DNA of 64,000 nt. Origin: Deltaproteobacteria bacterium (GTDB taxonomy: Bacteria; Desulfobacterota; Desulfarculia; Adiutricales; Adiutricaceae). The notes beneath the pieces were generated by a model that was given only the letters and a program-made list of their open reading frames with translations, ran no database searches and had not been told where the DNA came from. This document shows, in pieces, positions 20,352 through 29,158 of this stretch. Both the position numbers and the translations under genes were made by a program. Every line of letters begins with the position of its first letter. Within the stretch, counting starts at the first letter, position 1. The stretch covers positions 1 to 64,000 of the forward strand of contig JAISEL010000035.1 of NCBI GenBank assembly GCA_031264185.1, in the 5' to 3' direction.

Positions 20352-20435
20352 AAACCAGGACTTTACAGTTGGTGGTTTTTTGGTCAGCGGCCGGAGGGAA
20401 GTTGCGGACGCCGGGTTCATCGGGAGGACAAGCGG

Positions 20436-21731
20436 ATGGCCATAATTGATTTGGTAAAGTACAGCGGACCGGCCAGCGTCCTGGCCTGGAAGTATCCCAA
20501 TTCGGAACTGAGCACCTGGACTCGGCTGATCGTCAACGAGTCCCAGGAGGCGGTTTTTTTCAAAGGCGGCCAGGCACTTGATACTTTAGGTCCAGGAACC
20601 CATACTCTTGAGTCGAAGAATCTGCCCGTCTTAACCGAGCTTTTGAAACTGCCCTTTGGCGGCAAATCGCCCTTTTCCGCCGAGGTCTGGTTTGTTAACC
20701 GGGCCCATTCCCTGGATATAAAGTGGGGAACGCCGACGCCCATCCAACTGCAGGATCCAAAGTTCGGGATTATGGTGCCGGTCCGTTCTTTCGGTCAGTT
20801 CGGCATTCAGGTCGATGACTCCAGAAAATTTCTGTTCAAACTGGTCGGCACTACGCCGGTGTTTGACCAGGAGACCGTGACAAAGTACTTTCGGGGCATT
20901 TATCTGACCAAGGCCAAAGATACCATTGCCACGTACCTTGTAAAAAAGAAACTCAGCATCTTGGAAGTCAGCGCCTATTTGGACGAACTGTCCGGTCATA
21001 TCCTGGAGAGAATCCAGCCGACCATGGCGGAATACGGGATTAAGCTCCTGAGTTTCTACGTCAACGATGTCAGTGTCCCGGAAGACGATCCTGGGGTGGC
21101 CAAACTTAAGGCGGCTCTGGCCAAAAAGGCCGAAATGGACATAATCGGCTACAGCTACCAGCAGGAAAGAACCTTTGACACTTTGGAAGGGGCGGCTTCC
21201 AATCCAGGAGGTCAGTCGACCGTCATGGGGGCCGGTATCGGTCTGGGCATGGGGGTTGAGGTCGGCCGAACTTTGACTGCCCAGATGGGAGCCGTCACCG
21301 GCCAGGCCGGTTTGGGCCCGGCTGCAGCGGCCACTCCGGCGGTGTCCTGTCCCAAATGCCGGGCTCAGGTGCCCCAGGGGCAGAAATTCTGTCAGGAGTG
21401 CGGGGCGGCCATGGCGAACCCGGTGCAGAAAGTCATCAAGTGCGACAAATGCGGGGCTGTCATTTCGCCTAAGGCTAAGTTTTGCCCCGAGTGCGGGGAT
21501 CCCTACAATCCCTGTCCCGAATGCGGAGCCGATCTGCCGGAAGGAGCTGCGAAGTGCCCTTCCTGCGGAGCGGTTTTGCCGCCGCCTTGTCCCAAGTGCG
21601 GCGAGCATTTAGCCCCTGGGGCCAAGTTCTGTCCCAGCTGCGGGGCGGCCTTAAGGAAAAAATGCTCCAAATGTCAGACTGAAATGCCCCTCACCGCCAA
21701 ATTCTGTACGGACTGCGGCCAGCCGGTCTAG
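20436..21731 (+). CDS. SPFH/band-7 domain protein with five C-terminal tandem zinc-ribbon repeats (COG4260 / B. subtilis YdjI-like)
   Basis: MAIIDLVKYSGPASVLAWKYPNSE... SPFH core. The C-terminus has five CPxCG...(K/R)FCxxCG units. ATG 20436 has a GGAGGA SD and follows the conserved 31-nt motif. The longer track ORF (20322) would read through that motif. Confidence 0.75.
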   Translation: MAIIDLVKYSGPASVLAWKYPNSELSTWTRLIVNESQEAVFFKGGQALDTLGPGTHTLESKNLPVLTELLKLPFGGKSPFSAEVWFVNRAHSLDIKWGTPTPIQLQDPKFGIMVPVRSFGQFGIQVDDSRKFLFKLVGTTPVFDQETVTKYFRGIYLTKAKDTIATYLVKKKLSILEVSAYLDELSGHILERIQPTMAEYGIKLLSFYVNDVSVPEDDPGVAKLKAALAKKAEMDIIGYSYQQERTFDTLEGAASNPGGQSTVMGAGIGLGMGVEVGRTLTAQMGAVTGQAGLGPAAAATPAVSCPKCRAQVPQGQKFCQECGAAMANPVQKVIKCDKCGAVISPKAKFCPECGDPYNPCPECGADLPEGAAKCPSCGAVLPPPCPKCGEHLAPGAKFCPSCGAALRKKCSKCQTEMPLTAKFCTDCGQPV

Positions 21732-21739
21732 GAGGGAAT

Positions 21740-22447
21740 ATGGAACTGTCCGTTTATCGTCACAAGACTATCTTCATTTTAGGGGCCATAGCGGTTTTTA
21801 TTTCCTGCGTTTCATTCTGGGCAGCCGTGGCCGAGGCCACAGTCATCCAGGGCTTGGCTTTTGTCTTTGTGCTGGCGGCCGAAATCGCGGTCACCTTCCT
21901 TCTGTCAGTTTTAGAGGCCAGTCTTTTAAAAGTCACAGCCCCGGTTTTCAGGATCGGAACTTACACGGCGGCCACGATCTATTTTGTTTTAAGTTTTGGG
22001 ACCTCCTTGCTCTTTATTGCGGCCGAACCGGCCGGAGCCGGGATTCTGATAACTCTCCAGCTGGTTTTTTTGGGTTTGCTGGCAGCTGCGGTTCTTATTT
22101 TTATGTCTGCCGGCCAGTCCCAGAGCCGGACTGACGCTGACACCGCCGAACGCCAGAGCCGGGTGTTTTTGATGTCCAATAAACTGTCAGGGCTTCTGGA
22201 CCGGTTCCCCCGGACTCCGGACCGGCCGAAACTGGCCGCCATTTGTGAAGATGTCCGGTATTTCAATGCCAACATAGAACTGCCCGGAGATGAGGATTTG
22301 GGAAATAAGATTGACGAACTGTTAAAGGCTGTGCCCGCAGGCGGCGGAGAAACGGACGCCGATATTTCCGGTCTTTTGGAACAGTTAAGGCTTTTGGTCC
22401 TTAAGCGCCGTCAGGAAAGCTCCACGGCCCAAAGAGGCAGTTCATAG
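21740..22447 (+). CDS. hypothetical polytopic membrane protein (YdjH-like position)
   Basis: 235 aa. Four hydrophobic helices in the N-terminal half and a charged C-terminal half. 8 nt after the upstream gene. Confidence 0.45.
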   Translation: MELSVYRHKTIFILGAIAVFISCVSFWAAVAEATVIQGLAFVFVLAAEIAVTFLLSVLEASLLKVTAPVFRIGTYTAATIYFVLSFGTSLLFIAAEPAGAGILITLQLVFLGLLAAAVLIFMSAGQSQSRTDADTAERQSRVFLMSNKLSGLLDRFPRTPDRPKLAAICEDVRYFNANIELPGDEDLGNKIDELLKAVPAGGGETDADISGLLEQLRLLVLKRRQESSTAQRGSS

Positions 22448-22507
22448 CCGCAGCCGGATGGAAAGACTTTTCTTTGGCCCCTGATAAAAGAAGATTTTAG
22501 GTGGGAA

Positions 22508-24535
22508 ATGGAAGAGATATCTCATAATAATTGCAAATCCTGCGGGGCCACTCTGGAGCTGAAACCGGGTGAAAAAACCATAACCTGCCCGTACTGCGGA
22601 ACTGTCAACTATCTGTTCGAAGAGCCTGAAAAAGGCTCTTTGATGCCGGAAGTGGTGGTGCCGGCTGAAATTTCCAAGCAGGATCTCCATAATTTCATTC
22701 ACCATACTATGATCCTGGACGAATCGGCTCCGGACGACATCCTGGAACTGAGCCAGATTGAAAGCGAGATTATAGCTTTTTACCCCATTTACACCTCCAA
22801 GGGGCATTTTAAGGCCAACTGGACCGCCTCTTTCGGCTACGACCGCCAGGAGCCTTATACAGTAATTGTGACCGAATACTCCAACGGACGGCCTCACCGG
22901 GTTCCGACTACCAGATACCGGACCGTAACCGACTGGTCTCCGGCCAGCGGCGAAGTTAACGGGTATTTTCAGGTCAGTGTCTACGGCGGGGCTGAACTGC
23001 CAAAAGAGGTGGCCAGCCTTCTTTCCCAGATAAGCACCAAAAACATTACCGGCTACCAAAAAGGGCACGTGGCCGGTTATGACCTGAAGCCGCTGACTAT
23101 TGACCTTAAAGCGGCCCAGGGGGCTTTGGCTCCTTTAATCGACCAAGAGATAGCTAATGAGGTCTATGCCCAGGCTCAGGGCGATCACCAGAAGAACTGG
23201 AAATGGAGCAGTAAATTAGAGAATACGGTCACCAGTCCCGGTCTGGCTCCTCTGGCCCGAGGCACTTTCACTTACCAGGGCAAGACCTATAATATCTGGG
23301 CCGACGGCGTTTCCCTGACCTGCAAGTATACCGACAAACTGCCCCAGGACGTTAAGCGGATGAAACAAATCCGCCTCAGCTATGTGCCTTTGTACTTAGT
23401 TTTAGCGACTGCGGGGGCCTGCTATTTCCTGGTTGAAAACAGTTTCAATTACTGGCCCATAGGTACTGGCTTGGCTCTGGCCTGGCTTTACGGCTTAATC
23501 AGGTCTAAATCAATTTCCGGCTATTCCCGCAAAAGACGGCTGGCCTCTTTGGCCCGCAAGAAGATGGAGGAAGAGACCAACGCCGACCAGAGAACCGATG
23601 AGGAACGGGAGGCCCTTTTAAAAGCCACCCAGGACCCGGTCCAGCCATTTTTTGCTAAAACCAAAAATGATCTGCTGGTGCTGCCCTTAACTGCCCTGAT
23701 AGCTGTAACAGCTGTCTTAATTGGAGTTTTTAAGCTTGATTTAGGCTCTTCCTTTTCTTCAGCCGCTTACAGAAAGCCTGCGGCTTCTTCCCAGGCCGTC
23801 CCGCCGTCCGGGAGGGCGTCTGACAGTCCGTCTGGCCAGATAACCGGCGGCACAATCCCCAAAAGCTCCGATTCGGCCCGAACCCAGTCATCGTCCGAGC
23901 GGTCTGCTGCCCGGCAGGCCCGGTTTATTGATCGCAGCGGTTTAAACTGCTCGGATGACGCCATTGAGATCTGCAAGACTAAAAACGGCCGGTTGGTTGA
24001 CGGTCTGGTGGGGACCATGAGCACCCAGAAAAGTTCTGGCCGGAAATATTTGCGAAAGCTGGCTAACTATAAGTCCGGCCGGGCGGAAGGGGTGAGTCTG
24101 ACCCTTTTTCCGGACGGTCAGGTTCAGTGGCTGCAGAGTTATGTAAACGGTTATCTCCAAGGGACAGGGATCAGGTTTTACCCACAGAGCGTCAAGGCCG
24201 AGGGAGACGGGGTTGAGGTGGTGGTTTTCTTCAAACAGGGCCAGATGGACGGCATGCGTTTTGATTTTGACACCAAAGGCAGGTTGGAAGGCCTGGTGGA
24301 CGCCTATGTCAAAGGCCAGCCGGAAGGGACGTGGTATGAATTTTACCCTGACGGGTCAGTCAGGTCAGAGGAGCAGTACGTAAACGGTCAAGTCTCCGGG
24401 ACGGCCCGGACATTTACCCAGGGCCAAAAACAGTCGGAATACGATTGGGTCCCGGATGTGGTGAATCAGGTTTTAACCGAGATGGCCAGGGATTCGGAGG
24501 AAATTATCGGGGAGCTGAAAAGGATTTCTGGCTAG
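22508..24535 (+). CDS. zinc-ribbon / transmembrane / MORN-like repeat protein (YdjG-like position)
   Basis: N-terminal CKSCGATLELKPGEKTITCPYCG zinc ribbon. Two TM helices around aa 290-330 and 380-410. C-terminal repeats of the G.w..fYPdG.v...YvNG type (MORN variant/YwqK-like). Confidence 0.5.
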   Translation: MEEISHNNCKSCGATLELKPGEKTITCPYCGTVNYLFEEPEKGSLMPEVVVPAEISKQDLHNFIHHTMILDESAPDDILELSQIESEIIAFYPIYTSKGHFKANWTASFGYDRQEPYTVIVTEYSNGRPHRVPTTRYRTVTDWSPASGEVNGYFQVSVYGGAELPKEVASLLSQISTKNITGYQKGHVAGYDLKPLTIDLKAAQGALAPLIDQEIANEVYAQAQGDHQKNWKWSSKLENTVTSPGLAPLARGTFTYQGKTYNIWADGVSLTCKYTDKLPQDVKRMKQIRLSYVPLYLVLATAGACYFLVENSFNYWPIGTGLALAWLYGLIRSKSISGYSRKRRLASLARKKMEEETNADQRTDEEREALLKATQDPVQPFFAKTKNDLLVLPLTALIAVTAVLIGVFKLDLGSSFSSAAYRKPAASSQAVPPSGRASDSPSGQITGGTIPKSSDSARTQSSSERSAARQARFIDRSGLNCSDDAIEICKTKNGRLVDGLVGTMSTQKSSGRKYLRKLANYKSGRAEGVSLTLFPDGQVQWLQSYVNGYLQGTGIRFYPQSVKAEGDGVEVVVFFKQGQMDGMRFDFDTKGRLEGLVDAYVKGQPEGTWYEFYPDGSVRSEEQYVNGQVSGTARTFTQGQKQSEYDWVPDVVNQVLTEMARDSEEIIGELKRISG

Positions 24536-25508
24536 ATAATAACGCCTCTGGAAAAAGAGTTTTCTGGGCGGGTAAAAAAGCCGGATCGGAAAGAAGCCGG
24601 ACTGAAAAAGGAAAATCATCCGTTTTAAGCTGCGAACTGAAAAGCGGCAGTGCTGACTTTTTGTCAGCAATATTGTTTAACGTGAAACATATCAGCCCTC
24701 TCAATGACCCAAAGGACAAAACTTCCCTGTCCGAGTCTGGAGGGCCCGGTTAAATCGTCATATGTATTGCTAATTATCCGCGCTTTAACTCAAATTAGAG
24801 TTGACTAAGTTCGATATATAGCCCTAAAAAATGTGCTAAATATGGTTTAGCTGCTTATTATCTAAAAAAATATAATAGTTTAAGAAAGTTATATCTCTGA
24901 ACTTTAACAACTTGTAAACTCGGGGCAGTGAATTAATTTAAGCTTATAAGGCGGTCGTCCGGTCATAAGCTAAATGCCCTGCGGCTACCTTGTGCGGCCA
25001 TGGGATTCGGAGGCTAATCTTCTGGATCTGGTGATACATACCTTTAGATCTTCAATATGGTAAAACGATGGAAATTTTTGACTTTTCGATTTGCTGCTGT
25101 TATCATAAAAAAGTAACAAGACTTTGAGAAATTTGCTTCTTAAGTTCTCTTAATTGTACCAGCTGCCTTAAGTGAAAGTGAAGTAGCAGCCGGATAGGCT
25201 TTTTGTGTCTCTAAGGAATATTTTTTAATTGGGCAGGCAAGCTTATTTGGCTTCTTACGCAGTTATTTGAAGACGATCGCTTTAATCTTTAATTCACCTG
25301 AAATCAAGGCCAGGAAAAACTGTCAAATTTCTGGGGATGTAAACCGTTGGCCAGAAATTAACAGTTCTTAACTTCAGGTATTAGGTCAGCTAAAGTCATT
25401 TTCATAAGCTTTTATTAATGAGGTGTGCTATTTTTTGAATCTGAATAAATGCTAACTATTGTGTCTGTTATAAGCTATTGCTACCAAAGGAGCTAATTTT
25501 CAGTCGAT

Positions 25509-26699
25509 ATGGTTACTGACGCCAAAACATTAGACCGTGAATTTTATGAAGATACAGCCCAGGAGGAAGGCGGGCGGAAGTGGGCCTTTTTTTGGTGGAC
25601 GATTATAACCCTCCTGATTATTGCCCTCTTGTGGCCCTATGTCATTGTAAAAATTGATCCCGGTCATGTCGGGGTCCTTTACCGCCGTTTTTTTGGCGGT
25701 ACAGAAATGAGGTATGTCTTCAAGGAAGGCACCCACTCGATCTTTCCCTGGGACACCATGTACAAATTTGATGTACGGTTGCAAAATGAAACTTTAGCTC
25801 TCAGTGCCTTAAACAGAATTGGATTGACGATAGATTTGGAAGCAACTATAATTTTTCATCCAATATCTGTCAGAACCCCTGAATTATTAACAGAAGTTGG
25901 TACTGATTTTATTGAAAAGATATTAATACCAGCCTTACGATCCTCAATAATTGATACGGTAGCATCACATGGGACTGAAGATTTTTTTAATGAAAGTATA
26001 GACGTTATTCAAGATGAAATTTTAGTTATGACTGTCTCAGCTATCGATCGAATGCCTGTTATGGTCGATAATATCCTAATCAGAAACATTAGAGTTCCCC
26101 GGGAACTGAATGAAGCTATAAATAAGAAGATTATAGCCGAACAGAAGGTTTTAGAAGAACGGAATTATGTGGAAGTGGCTAAAGAAAAATACAAAAAATC
26201 TTATGTGAACGCCAGCGCTGTTCGTTTAACTCAGGAGATTGTTAATCCTTTGATGACTCCTTCCTTTTTGCGCTATAAAGGCATAGAAGCCACAGAGAAT
26301 TTAGCCGCCAGTCCAAACTCCAAGGTGGTAATTGTTGGAAATAGAGACGGCTTGCCTTTGATTTTAAATCTTGAAGGCGAAGCGGCCTCGAAAGCCCAGA
26401 ACTCCCCCTTGACTCCAGCCCTTCCGGCTATGGATCCGGCCCAGAGTTCTAATGCGGTTCAGCCCGGAACAAGTTCAGGAGGTCAAAATGAGCCTGGAGC
26501 GGAGAGTATTCCAGGTTTTCCCCAAGCAGCAGACCGGCTTTCACTTTCAGAAGCTCCGAAACCGCAGATGGATAGTTTTACAGCGTCTAATTTAGAGAAA
26601 CTGGTCGGAACCTTAAGCCAAGCCATAGGTTTATCGCAATTAGCCGGGCCTGAGCAAAAAGATAAAGATCAGTCGGAAAATAACAATAAAAGTGAGTAA
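25509..26699 (+). CDS. SPFH/band 7 (prohibitin/HflKC-like) membrane protein
   Basis: N-terminal TM (WWTIITLLIIALLWPYVIV) followed by the band-7 core IDPGHVGVLYRRF...; C-terminal low-complexity tail. Confidence 0.7.
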   Translation: MVTDAKTLDREFYEDTAQEEGGRKWAFFWWTIITLLIIALLWPYVIVKIDPGHVGVLYRRFFGGTEMRYVFKEGTHSIFPWDTMYKFDVRLQNETLALSALNRIGLTIDLEATIIFHPISVRTPELLTEVGTDFIEKILIPALRSSIIDTVASHGTEDFFNESIDVIQDEILVMTVSAIDRMPVMVDNILIRNIRVPRELNEAINKKIIAEQKVLEERNYVEVAKEKYKKSYVNASAVRLTQEIVNPLMTPSFLRYKGIEATENLAASPNSKVVIVGNRDGLPLILNLEGEAASKAQNSPLTPALPAMDPAQSSNAVQPGTSSGGQNEPGAESIPGFPQAADRLSLSEAPKPQMDSFTASNLEKLVGTLSQAIGLSQLAGPEQKDKDQSENNNKSE

Positions 26700-26749
26700 A
26701 TTAATCTGATCAAGCTTTGCTATCATGTTAATTATATTGCGGAGTAAGT

Positions 26750-26944
26750 ATGCCTCCCCAAGTAGCAGCTCTTTATCTGGTAATCAGTATGCTTGTCGGC
26801 GTATTAGGCCGTAGATACCGTTTTGGTTTTTGGGGCTATTTTTTTTCTTCTTTGCTCTTGTCGCCCCTGATTGGCTTGCTGCTGGTTATTGCTTCAAAAC
26901 CTTTAAGTCACAGGACTATGTCTCCTAGAGATATGCTAAAGTGA
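26750..26944 (+). CDS. small hypothetical membrane protein (64 aa)
   Basis: Two hydrophobic helices. Status uncertain. Confidence 0.3.
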   Translation: MPPQVAALYLVISMLVGVLGRRYRFGFWGYFFSSLLLSPLIGLLLVIASKPLSHRTMSPRDMLK

Positions 26945-26965
26945 TCATTTCGGGTAAATTTTGCT

Positions 26966-28075
26966 ATGACAGCATTCTCCATAAAGATTGACCAAAAGGC
27001 CAAAAAATTAATATGGCAGATTGCCATTGGGGTTGTTTTAGCCGTGATGGTTATTACAGTCCTGGGCCTCCCGACTCAGGCCGCTGCTCAAAAGCGAGGT
27101 GCCCCTGAAAACCCCTACCGGGCGGCTTACGTCTCAGCTCGGGAATATTGGGCTTTTGTAAAATTTTTTTCTCTCTTTCGAGACCGCTTAGAGATTGAGG
27201 GTTGGGGAAGCAAAGTAGCCTTCCCGGGCGAACTGAAATTAATCCTGGATGACTATGAGTCCCCGGAGGCTAAAAATGCAGCCGTTTCCCGGCTTTTAGA
27301 CAGAGAGGACATTGATCTGGTTTTAAGTCTGGGCACGGAAGCGACCCAGTATGTTCTGAACAACAATTCTCAGGGGCGGCCTGTATTAGGTTGTTCTATA
27401 AGTAATCCCATATCTTCATTTTTAATTGAGGATGCCGAATATTCCACTAAGCCTAATTTTACGACTGTCATTTTTAATAATTCGCTTGCCAACAACATGT
27501 TTGCAATATTCCACCAGTTTCTGGGTTTTAAGAAATTGGGCATCGTGTACGCGGATAATGAGTTTGCCAGATCCTACTCCTTTCTGAATGAAGCCAGAGA
27601 GGTCGCCAGAGACCGGGGCTTTGAACTTTTGGAGTATGACCGGCTTGATTCGGCGGAGTCTTATGAATCATGCGTTAGAGGCGTTCAGGATTTGGTGCAA
27701 AGAGGCATTGATGCGCTTTTTATCACTAACACCGCCTGTTTCGACACCAACAGTAATAATTTAAAAGAGCTGTATACTTTACTATATGATAATCATATTA
27801 TTACTCTTGCAGCTGAAGATTTTGACCAAGTTCGACTTTACGCTTTATTTGGATATATTTTTATGGAATTATCGCCTATAGTGATTGAATTCCAAGTTAA
27901 TCAAGCTATTAAAATTTTATCTGGAAAGAAAACTAATGAAATACCGATTAAAGTTAATGCTTTTAGTCAATATGTTATTAATTTAGCGGCAGCGGAAAGA
28001 TTAAACTTAATAATTGACGATTCTTTATTGATTTTTAGTGATATACTTTTTCTCGATCTTAAAGGTATGGAGTAA
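26966..28075 (+). CDS. periplasmic substrate-binding-protein-like lipoprotein/anchored protein (ABC_sub_bind-like)
   Basis: Signal-anchor followed by an alpha/beta periplasmic binding fold-like sequence. Assignment by general resemblance only. Confidence 0.4.
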   Translation: MTAFSIKIDQKAKKLIWQIAIGVVLAVMVITVLGLPTQAAAQKRGAPENPYRAAYVSAREYWAFVKFFSLFRDRLEIEGWGSKVAFPGELKLILDDYESPEAKNAAVSRLLDREDIDLVLSLGTEATQYVLNNNSQGRPVLGCSISNPISSFLIEDAEYSTKPNFTTVIFNNSLANNMFAIFHQFLGFKKLGIVYADNEFARSYSFLNEAREVARDRGFELLEYDRLDSAESYESCVRGVQDLVQRGIDALFITNTACFDTNSNNLKELYTLLYDNHIITLAAEDFDQVRLYALFGYIFMELSPIVIEFQVNQAIKILSGKKTNEIPIKVNAFSQYVINLAAAERLNLIIDDSLLIFSDILFLDLKGME

Positions 28076-28212
28076 TTTTCTCAATCTTAAAGGTACGGAG
28101 CAATACTGCCTTTTGTGATTTTTTTTGATATAATTGCTGGCCCATATAGTTTGTCTTTTTTTACTGCGGGAATTAAACACCCAGCCTGAACTAAATTTCA
28201 AGGAGAGGTCCT

Positions 28213-28755
28213 ATGTCAGACTCTGAGCCCCAACTTCTCGATCCCCCAGCCACTGCAGCCCCGCCAACGGAGGCTGAAGTGGACAGCATCATCCGTAACC
28301 GCGTCTATGCCTCTCTGGCCGTAGGTCTGGTGCCGGTTCCGATTGCCGATTTAGGCGTGCTGACCACTGTTCAGGTGGAACTCCTCTACCGGCTGAGCAA
28401 GGCCTACAATATTCCCTTCAGCCGCAATTGGGCCAGTAAGGTCCTAGGCATCGTTTTGGGCAGCCTGGCCCCGGTCTTCTTTGCCCCCGGCTTAAGCGGA
28501 CTGCTGCGCTACGTGCCGGTTGTCGGCCAGAGCCTGGGTCTGGTCGGCGGCTCTCTGACCTTCGGCACGGCTACCTACCTGATTGGCCACGCCTTTGCCA
28601 AGCGCTTCGCTAAAGGCCAGGAAATTGACGAAAATGTGGCCGTCTCCATTGGAGAGGAAATCAAGGCCGGATTTGAATCCGGCAAGAAAAAGGTCAAAAG
28701 CCTCTTTTCCCGTCCAAAGAAAGAAGAGGCTGAAGCCGCTGCCGACCAGATTTAG
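28213..28755 (+). CDS. DUF697-like membrane-associated protein
   Basis: ...LAVGLVPVPIADLGVLTTVQVELLYRLSKAYNIP... pattern. GGAGAGG SD before ATG. Confidence 0.45.
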   Translation: MSDSEPQLLDPPATAAPPTEAEVDSIIRNRVYASLAVGLVPVPIADLGVLTTVQVELLYRLSKAYNIPFSRNWASKVLGIVLGSLAPVFFAPGLSGLLRYVPVVGQSLGLVGGSLTFGTATYLIGHAFAKRFAKGQEIDENVAVSIGEEIKAGFESGKKKVKSLFSRPKKEEAEAAADQI

Positions 28756-28877
28756 CTTTTTTCTTGGCTGAGAAAAATGACTGTGACCCAGTTGAACCGG
28801 CGAAATCGGCTGGCTGATCTGGTCAGCTGGGTCATGGCTATAATTAAGTATATCTATTATGTTTTAATTAGGTAAAA

Positions 28878-28897
28878 TATTTAATATATATTAAATA
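28878..28897. promoter_or_regulatory. 20-bp perfect palindrome TATTTAATATATATTAAATA in the AT-rich leader upstream of the BGC
   Basis: Exact inverted symmetry, about 260 nt upstream of ATG 29159. Confidence 0.3.
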
Positions 28898-29158
28898 ATT
28901 AATCTTGTGGTTTAAATTTTAGATCTGGTCTGGAATATGGCTTTAATCCAAGGGGAGGGTTTGGGTATTGTAATATTAGACTAAAAAAGAGCATTTAGAT
29001 TCTATTTTATCTAATAATATTTATTTAAACTGTTTTAAATTATTTTTTACTCAATAAAGTGTCATAAATTTCAGTAATATATTTTTAACTTAACAACAAC
29101 AAACTAATTTACTTTTCAGCCAATTAATTTAATTATTTTTAAAAGGAATGCTCTCAAT

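Noticed and set aside
20322-20435. Upstream extension of the SPFH gene to ATG 20322
   Set aside because: It would translate through the conserved 31-nt motif and terminator-like hairpin. ATG 20436 has an SD and matches the SPFH N-terminus (MAIIDLVKY).
20631-21608. 325-aa ORF on the minus strand inside the SPFH/zinc-ribbon gene
   Set aside because: Antisense shadow ORF in a GC-rich gene. It has a low-complexity Arg/Gly-rich translation and no motifs. The sense strand has clear SPFH and zinc-ribbon signatures.
24540-25500. About 950-bp AT-rich spacer between the YdjGHI-like module and the second SPFH gene, scanned for tRNA/ncRNA
   Set aside because: No cloverleaf-compatible segment or recognisable ncRNA motif found by eye. 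It may hold promoters. There is a possible terminator hairpin GCTGAC-TTTTT-GTCAGC at about 24650, but the T-run is weak.
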